A DNA stretch of 64,000 nt from Candidatus Bathyarchaeum tardum (lineage in GTDB: Archaea > Thermoproteota > Bathyarchaeia > Bathyarchaeales > Bathyarchaeaceae): the NCBI GenBank assembly GCA_024650005.2, contig CP122380.1, positions 96,001-160,000 of the forward strand, in the 5' to 3' direction. Below are positions 58,756-64,000 of the stretch, one piece after another. The notes under the pieces were generated by a model. The model had not been told where the DNA came from. It was given only the letters and a program-made list of their open reading frames with translations, and searched no databases. A program made the position numbers and the translations under genes. Within the stretch, counting starts at the first letter, position 1. Each line of letters opens with the position of its first letter.

Positions 58756-59202
58756 CTATATTTGGCCAATAATCATGAACGCAATAAGCAGTCCATAAAT
58801 TGCAAGAGCTTCAGATAGAACTACGCCTATCACGTTGGACGAAAATGTTTCGGGTTTTTCTGCTGTTGCTGCTATCAATGATGAACCACTATAACTGATT
58901 CCAACACCCGCACCAACTGTTGAAACTGCGATTACTATCCCTGCGATGAGGGCTTTGTTTGCGGACTCTATAGTTGTTATATCGGGTAATTTTCCTAGAA
59001 GCATGAACGCAATCAGCAATCCATAAATTGCTAAAGCTTCACCCAAAACAACTGTTATTATTAATTTGCTGAGTAATTCAGGTTTTTCTGTTCCAACACC
59101 TGCGAGTGCTGTTCCACAAATAATAATTGAAAAAGCAGCAGACAAAATTGGAACTCCAATAGATATTGCCAAACCAATCAGACTGATGAGACTAGGATCC
59201 AT
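58756..59202 (-). CDS. atpK: A/V-type ATP synthase subunit K (c), double hairpin
   Basis: Two repeats of EKPE...EALAIYGLLIAFM, both retaining the Glu. Confidence 0.93.
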   Translation of the reverse strand: MDPSLISLIGLAISIGVPILSAAFSIIICGTALAGVGTEKPELLSKLIITVVLGEALAIYGLLIAFMLLGKLPDITTIESANKALIAGIVIAVSTVGAGVGISYSGSSLIAATAEKPETFSSNVIGVVLSEALAIYGLLIAFMIIGQI

Positions 59203-59217
59203 AATAATCCTCCAATA

Positions 59218-61119
59218 TCATGTAGTAGATTCGAACGGCTTAAAAGGAATTCCCTCGCCCGAATGAAATGTTGAAAACCATTCCACCCAATGAAGACGAA
59301 GAGTGTGCACAAAAACAACTAACCCTTCGATTATCATAACAAGAATTGTTCCTATGGCTATTAACGGGATGCTGGTTAATGGAAAAACTCCATGTTCTAC
59401 ACCCCCTAGTACCAAAAACAGGTAGTTCATTGCACTGTGTATAAGACCCAAGGCCATCAATCGGCTATATGACATGGCATGGCTGAGAGTTTCAGCAAAT
59501 ACTTCTACAGTAAACCCTACCCCCACCATTAATCCTTCAGCAAGAGCTGAGAACACAAAAATCAACATCAACGGGAGTATCATTAGCCCCCCGAGCATAA
59601 CCATGCCTTCTGAGAACCATAACGAAATGTTTGATATTCCACCATAATATGCCCACATGAATAAGCTGCCAAAAATAAGCCATATCCAACACACGGGTAT
59701 TGGGGCAAATTTGTAATGTTTGTGGTTGATTTCGTTTATTAATCTTAAAACAAGTCCTATGCTTATGTGAATTGTACCTACAAGAATTGCAAACCTTAAC
59801 ATTTTCATTGGTTCTTGGGTTGGTTCAAAGCCCCCTATTTGAAAGGGGCCAATTCGTGCTAAAGTTATTGGATGAATTAAACCTGAGGGACCAAAGAACT
59901 CGCCAAAAATAAATCCAAAAAAGATAGCAGATACACCAATGTAAACAAGCATTTCTCCGCTGATTAGCAAGTAATTGATTATGTCGTTTTGGCTTTGCAC
60001 TTTTCCTTTCTTTCGCAGAAAAGTCAAAGCTATTCCTAATAACACAAAAATTGCACCTTGTCCCACATCAGCAAACATTATTCCAAAAAGTATCGGAAAA
60101 GTTATAGCAAAAATTTTAAGGGGATCAATATCTCCACTGCCTGGGAGACCATATGCGCATTCTAGTTTTCCAAAGGCCTGCATATAGCTTGGGCATTTTT
60201 TGGGTATTATGGGATACTTTTCATCTACGTTAGGGAATTCGTCGTAAATCATGCAGTTTCCTTCAGATGCTTCTTTTATGCGGTTCACGGCATGTGTTTC
60301 AAAACTATTTGGTACCCAAGCTTCGAAAAAAACAATTTTAGAGCTTCGAACAAACTTTTCTTTTTCTTTAGTTATTCGTTTTTCTTCTTCTACAACGTTC
60401 AACATAATTAAAAGTTGGTTACGGATGTCGTCAAAATTGATTTTTCCCTCAATTGTAGATTCTATTGATTCAACTGTTTTTTTAAGAGTTACAAGTCTTT
60501 CCCCAAAATATCGTTCACTTTCTATGACGAATTTTGAGAGCTCTGCAAACTTTTGACCAATTTCATCAAAATCATCCAAGTGTTTAGCTGCAATTTTTTC
60601 AACCAGAACATGATGGTCTAACAAACCAGTACTCTCAATGGTTTTGTCCAGTTCGATTAGTTCGAACTCGATATGCTCTAATTCCATTTCTTCACATGGC
60701 GTAAGGGACGGGCCATTCTCAAATTGTTCAGGTTTAATTCCAAGGTCCTTAATGATTTGGTCAATTCTTGAAGCTAAACCATAGATTTTCACTTCTTCGA
60801 TTGGTAATTCTGATAATTGTTGTTCAACCTTGGCTAGAACTTTTTGTGTTGTTTCTTTTGTAATGGGTATTTCTGGTACTGGGAAAATGTCCGGTTTGAT
60901 GTGCAATGTTTCAAAAGCTGTTTCGATTTTCGAAAGTAGTTCAGAGCACTTTGAACTATTTTCATTTGAGTCTGTATAAGGAGTTAAATTGTCTTTCCAT
61001 TCTTCAGGATTTTCTTTCAAATCGATAAACTGTACTATTTTGGCGTGCCCAAGGAACCTAAGAGTTGCGTCAATATATTCTTCATGAACAAGAACTCTCA
61101 TTTTTTGTATTTCTAGCAT
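59218..61119 (-). CDS. atpI: A/V-type ATP synthase subunit I (a)
   Basis: YGLP...IDP, FPILFGIMFADVGQG, GEFFG, SYSRLMALG essential Arg, LRLHWVEWF. Confidence 0.93.
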   Translation of the reverse strand: MLEIQKMRVLVHEEYIDATLRFLGHAKIVQFIDLKENPEEWKDNLTPYTDSNENSSKCSELLSKIETAFETLHIKPDIFPVPEIPITKETTQKVLAKVEQQLSELPIEEVKIYGLASRIDQIIKDLGIKPEQFENGPSLTPCEEMELEHIEFELIELDKTIESTGLLDHHVLVEKIAAKHLDDFDEIGQKFAELSKFVIESERYFGERLVTLKKTVESIESTIEGKINFDDIRNQLLIMLNVVEEEKRITKEKEKFVRSSKIVFFEAWVPNSFETHAVNRIKEASEGNCMIYDEFPNVDEKYPIIPKKCPSYMQAFGKLECAYGLPGSGDIDPLKIFAITFPILFGIMFADVGQGAIFVLLGIALTFLRKKGKVQSQNDIINYLLISGEMLVYIGVSAIFFGFIFGEFFGPSGLIHPITLARIGPFQIGGFEPTQEPMKMLRFAILVGTIHISIGLVLRLINEINHKHYKFAPIPVCWIWLIFGSLFMWAYYGGISNISLWFSEGMVMLGGLMILPLMLIFVFSALAEGLMVGVGFTVEVFAETLSHAMSYSRLMALGLIHSAMNYLFLVLGGVEHGVFPLTSIPLIAIGTILVMIIEGLVVFVHTLRLHWVEWFSTFHSGEGIPFKPFESTT

Positions 61120-61240
61120 GTCATCATCTTCATATCTTCCCTCGGTTGATGATGTTTGTAATAGGTAATGTTAATTTGATATTAAGTCATTTCTAAATCA
61201 TCGAAAAACTATTAAAGCTTTTCATTTAACTCTACTTGTT

Positions 61241-61573
61241 TTGGTGTGCCCTTTGCTCGATTCCTTTAAGGAAGTGTTAGAAAAAGAACGTGAAGCAGAA
61301 CGTGTTGTTATTGTTGCTCGAAAAGAAGCAAAAAAAATAGAAACTGATGCTCAAGAAAAAGCAGAACTAGTTTACAGGCAAACTTTTCAAGAAACCATTA
61401 ATGAAGCAAGACGTCACGCAATTGAAACAAAAGAAAGAGCAGAAAAAGAAGCAGAAGCTGAATCGCAAGTTTTTATGAAACGTGCTGAGGTTCTGAAAAC
61501 GCGCATTAAAGTCAGTGGTCAGCAAAACTTTAATGAAGCTGTAGATGAGGTTTTGAACGAATTTTTGTTATAA
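61241..61573 (+). CDS. A/V-type ATP synthase subunit H/G (peripheral stalk)
   Basis: E/A/K-rich right-handed coiled-coil pattern EREAE....AR.EA; directly upstream of subunit E. Confidence 0.72.
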   Translation: MVCPLLDSFKEVLEKEREAERVVIVARKEAKKIETDAQEKAELVYRQTFQETINEARRHAIETKERAEKEAEAESQVFMKRAEVLKTRIKVSGQQNFNEAVDEVLNEFLL

Positions 61574-61585
61574 CTTGGTGAAATT

Positions 61586-62227
61586 ATGGAATTTTCACAA
61601 GAAGAAATTATTAATAGAATACTAAACGAAGCAACAGCGGAAGCTGAACTAACTATAAAAAAAGCAAAAGAATCTGCCGAATTATTGCTAGAGAACCAAC
61701 GGCAAACTGCTTGTGCTAACGCAGAAAAAGAGGCAAACTCCATCTTGAAAAGAGCCCAAAATGAGGCAGAACTTATTCGAGTAAAAACAATAACGGACAT
61801 CAAGAGACAAGCAGACTGGATAGTATTATCGGAAAAAAATCGATTAATTGAAAACGTAATAGATTCTGTGAAACAACGACTCATGGATTTGGAGAAAACT
61901 TCGAAATATGTTCCTTTGCTCGAAAAATTAACAGTCGAGGCAGGTTCTGCTTTGGGCGGTGGAATGTTAACTGTTTTCTTAAACAAAACTGATTCTAAAT
62001 TGAAGTTAAATTTCGATAAATTGGAAAAGGAAATAACCTCGAAAACGGGTGTTGAAACCAAACTTTCTTTTTCTAACGAAAACATAACCGCCACGGGTGT
62101 TGTTGTTAAAACATTTGATAACAAAATTTTCGTAGATAACACCTTTGACTCAATCCTTAGACGAGAAGAAAAAGAACTCAAAATTAAAATAGCACAAATT
62201 CTGTTCAAGTCAATTGAAAGTTTTTAA
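61586..62227 (+). CDS. atpE: A/V-type ATP synthase subunit E
   Basis: IINRILNEA..EA..., GVVV......VDNTFD..L. Confidence 0.88.
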   Translation: MEFSQEEIINRILNEATAEAELTIKKAKESAELLLENQRQTACANAEKEANSILKRAQNEAELIRVKTITDIKRQADWIVLSEKNRLIENVIDSVKQRLMDLEKTSKYVPLLEKLTVEAGSALGGGMLTVFLNKTDSKLKLNFDKLEKEITSKTGVETKLSFSNENITATGVVVKTFDNKIFVDNTFDSILRREEKELKIKIAQILFKSIESF

Positions 62228-62420
62228 TCTTATTCAAAGGCACAATCCAGAAGTTGTTAAAAATATTAGATTATTCAGAAATCAAGTTTATCCTTTGGTG
62301 AGTAACGTGGATTTGTTACCATAATTTACAAGCAAAATATTGAATGAATTTAAAATTAAAATAATTTTTTGTGGTTAGTAAATGTAAGTTTCAATTATTA
62401 TATAATTTCAGAGGGAAAAA

Positions 62421-63314
62421 CTAACGAATTTTGTTGTTTTTCCAGTTTTCAATTATGTTTATGATCGGTTCACATTTGTGTTTTTGTAAAAACTTGATGA
62501 CTTCGCTGTCTGTTACAAGTTTTCCTTGTATTTCTTTGGTTATGTAGGGGTCATGGGTAGCAAGTATTATTCCATTAGCGTAATTGGATACCGAAATAAT
62601 TGCTGATAGCAAGTTTTTTAGTTTAGGACCGGGGTTGCTTGCGTACAGTTCAATGTAGAGTGGTTTTTCTAGTTGTTTACTAAAATCAAGGGCTAATGTT
62701 TCCACCCAGTATGTTGTTGAGTACGCCAAATCGTAGATTGGAACCAAAAAGAAGTCAACATATTTTGCTAAAGCTTGGGCGTCTTCGCCGTATCTTTGTT
62801 TGCCAAAGCATGGGTCGGGCAGTAATGTTACTGAGAAGCTTTTGTTTTTTTCTCTAACCAATTTTGAAACTTGTGCTACGAAATCAGTTACTGTTTTTGC
62901 TCGCCACTCTGTCCATTCTAGGTTGCTTTCTTTAAGTTCTTTTACACAGCGCTCACAGGTGCAATATTCGGACCTTGGAAAACCAATGGATTCTAAATGA
63001 ATTCCTGTAACGTCAGCTTTCAAGGTGTTTTTTACTAAATCAAGAATCTGTTTTTTATATTCTTCACCACTTGGACAAATAACGTCCCAAAGAAACCTGT
63101 GATTTTTGTTTCTTCTAACTGCTTTGCCCTGTTTAGAAACAGCTACCCACTCAGGCTTTTTTCTTGCAGTTACGTTATCGCCAAAACAACTGATTATGTT
63201 AAATACGTTGTCTGCTGGTTTTTTGATTCTTCCTGTGCAGGATTTAACACAATAAAATGTTTTGTCAAAACCTTCAATTGGTTCTGGTTTGCTTGTTAGC
63301 ACTCCTATTTTCAT
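62421..63314 (-). CDS. Putative glycoside-hydrolase-like TIM-barrel protein
   Basis: KPEW, ICPS..EY, GIHLE, YCTCERC, W.EWR...VTDFV, YGED...L..YVD...P.Y pattern of GHL/DUF187-like proteins. Confidence 0.55.
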   Translation of the reverse strand: MKIGVLTSKPEPIEGFDKTFYCVKSCTGRIKKPADNVFNIISCFGDNVTARKKPEWVAVSKQGKAVRRNKNHRFLWDVICPSGEEYKKQILDLVKNTLKADVTGIHLESIGFPRSEYCTCERCVKELKESNLEWTEWRAKTVTDFVAQVSKLVREKNKSFSVTLLPDPCFGKQRYGEDAQALAKYVDFFLVPIYDLAYSTTYWVETLALDFSKQLEKPLYIELYASNPGPKLKNLLSAIISVSNYANGIILATHDPYITKEIQGKLVTDSEVIKFLQKHKCEPIINIIENWKNNKIR

Positions 63315-63495
63315 TTTTATTTATCCACAAAGAATAGTTGAATAGCTTATTGCATTTATTTTTTCTTAACATCATTTTTATTTTCGATATTTAAGTGAGA
63401 AAATTTGATCAAGTTTTTCATTATCACGGTTCTATTTAAAATTTTTATTTTATTTTTTAAAAAAAATTACGTTATTTTCAACAAAAAATTAATAA

Positions 63496-64000
63496 ATGAT
63501 TGATGAGTTTTGGGCGGTATCTGCCTTCGGATTGTGTCTAAATATCGTAATCTCTGACCCTGAAAATAATGAAGTAGCAAATGATTTTGCCATTCCCGTA
63601 GACCTTATTCGATGCTGCGGTATCATAATGGTTTTGTTGCTTCACGCTGCAAACGAATACTACACAACCATCTTGCTCAGTCCCCTTGAATCAGGTTTTT
63701 ACTGGTGGACTTCTACCGTTTATAAGTCTTTGACTTTGCCTTGTGTTCCCTTATTTGTTATGCTTAGTGGAGCTTTGCTCCTTCAGCCTTCAAAACTTAA
63801 CGAACCTATTCGGGTCTTTTTCAAAAAACGCTTCAACCGACTCGGTGCTGCCTTTGTTTTCTGGAGTTTTGTTTATCTGGCATGGGCTTTCTTTACTTCT
63901 AGTACCCCTGTTACTTTTTACAACTTTGTTGAAGGCACCCTTTTCAGTTTCTTTTCAGGCTCTTATTACCATTTCTGGTTCATTTACATCATAGTAGGTC
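63496..64000 (+). CDS. Acyltransferase_3 (OafA/WecH-like) membrane O-acyltransferase, truncated at window end
   Basis: Manual translation: VDLIRCCGIIMVLLLHA, CVPLFVMLSGALLL, FFKKRFNRL...FWS..Y, YYHFWFIY; start 63496 or 63532. Confidence 0.88.
   Translation, partial: MIDEFWAVSAFGLCLNIVISDPENNEVANDFAIPVDLIRCCGIIMVLLLHAANEYYTTILLSPLESGFYWWTSTVYKSLTLPCVPLFVMLSGALLLQPSKLNEPIRVFFKKRFNRLGAAFVFWSFVYLAWAFFTSSTPVTFYNFVEGTLFSFFSGSYYHFWFIYIIVG

Noticed and set aside
63743-63994. 83-aa ORF in the track
   Set aside because: It is an alternative frame inside the open-ended acyltransferase gene.

Overview
AT-rich archaeal chromosome segment. The combination of PolD (DP1+DP2), Elf1, Alba, Sec61beta and GGGP synthase points to a non-crenarchaeal TACK-type archaeon, plausibly Bathyarchaeia (inference). 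Most of the window is core genome: a partial ppsA, rpl10e, the srp54-pus10-rpl21e-rpoF-DUF655-ksgA cluster, dys/eIF5A, nob1, an intron-containing tRNA-Ser(CGA), nadACB, DP1, cdc6 with an ORB-containing replication origin, elf1-GGGPS-DP2, a full trp operon, porCDAB, alba, RPA, tRNA-Leu(CAG) and a rearranged A/V-type ATPase cluster. The most notable region is the ~6 kb next to oriC (19.1-25.2 kb). It encodes a small wHTH protein, a stand-alone NurA-HerA pair, a membrane-anchored coiled-coil wHTH protein and a Tfx-like HTH protein, and it carries three dense clusters of TGTGAT/ATCACA repeats plus a second TGTGAA-type motif inside the origin. This is a candidate origin-tethering or chromosome-segregation module. 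Other observations are a Trp-codon leader ORF overlapping the trpE start, a Zn-ribbon insertion in PEP synthase, a decayed UspA pseudogene and unannotated small membrane proteins. All calls come from reading the sequence; no database searches were run.
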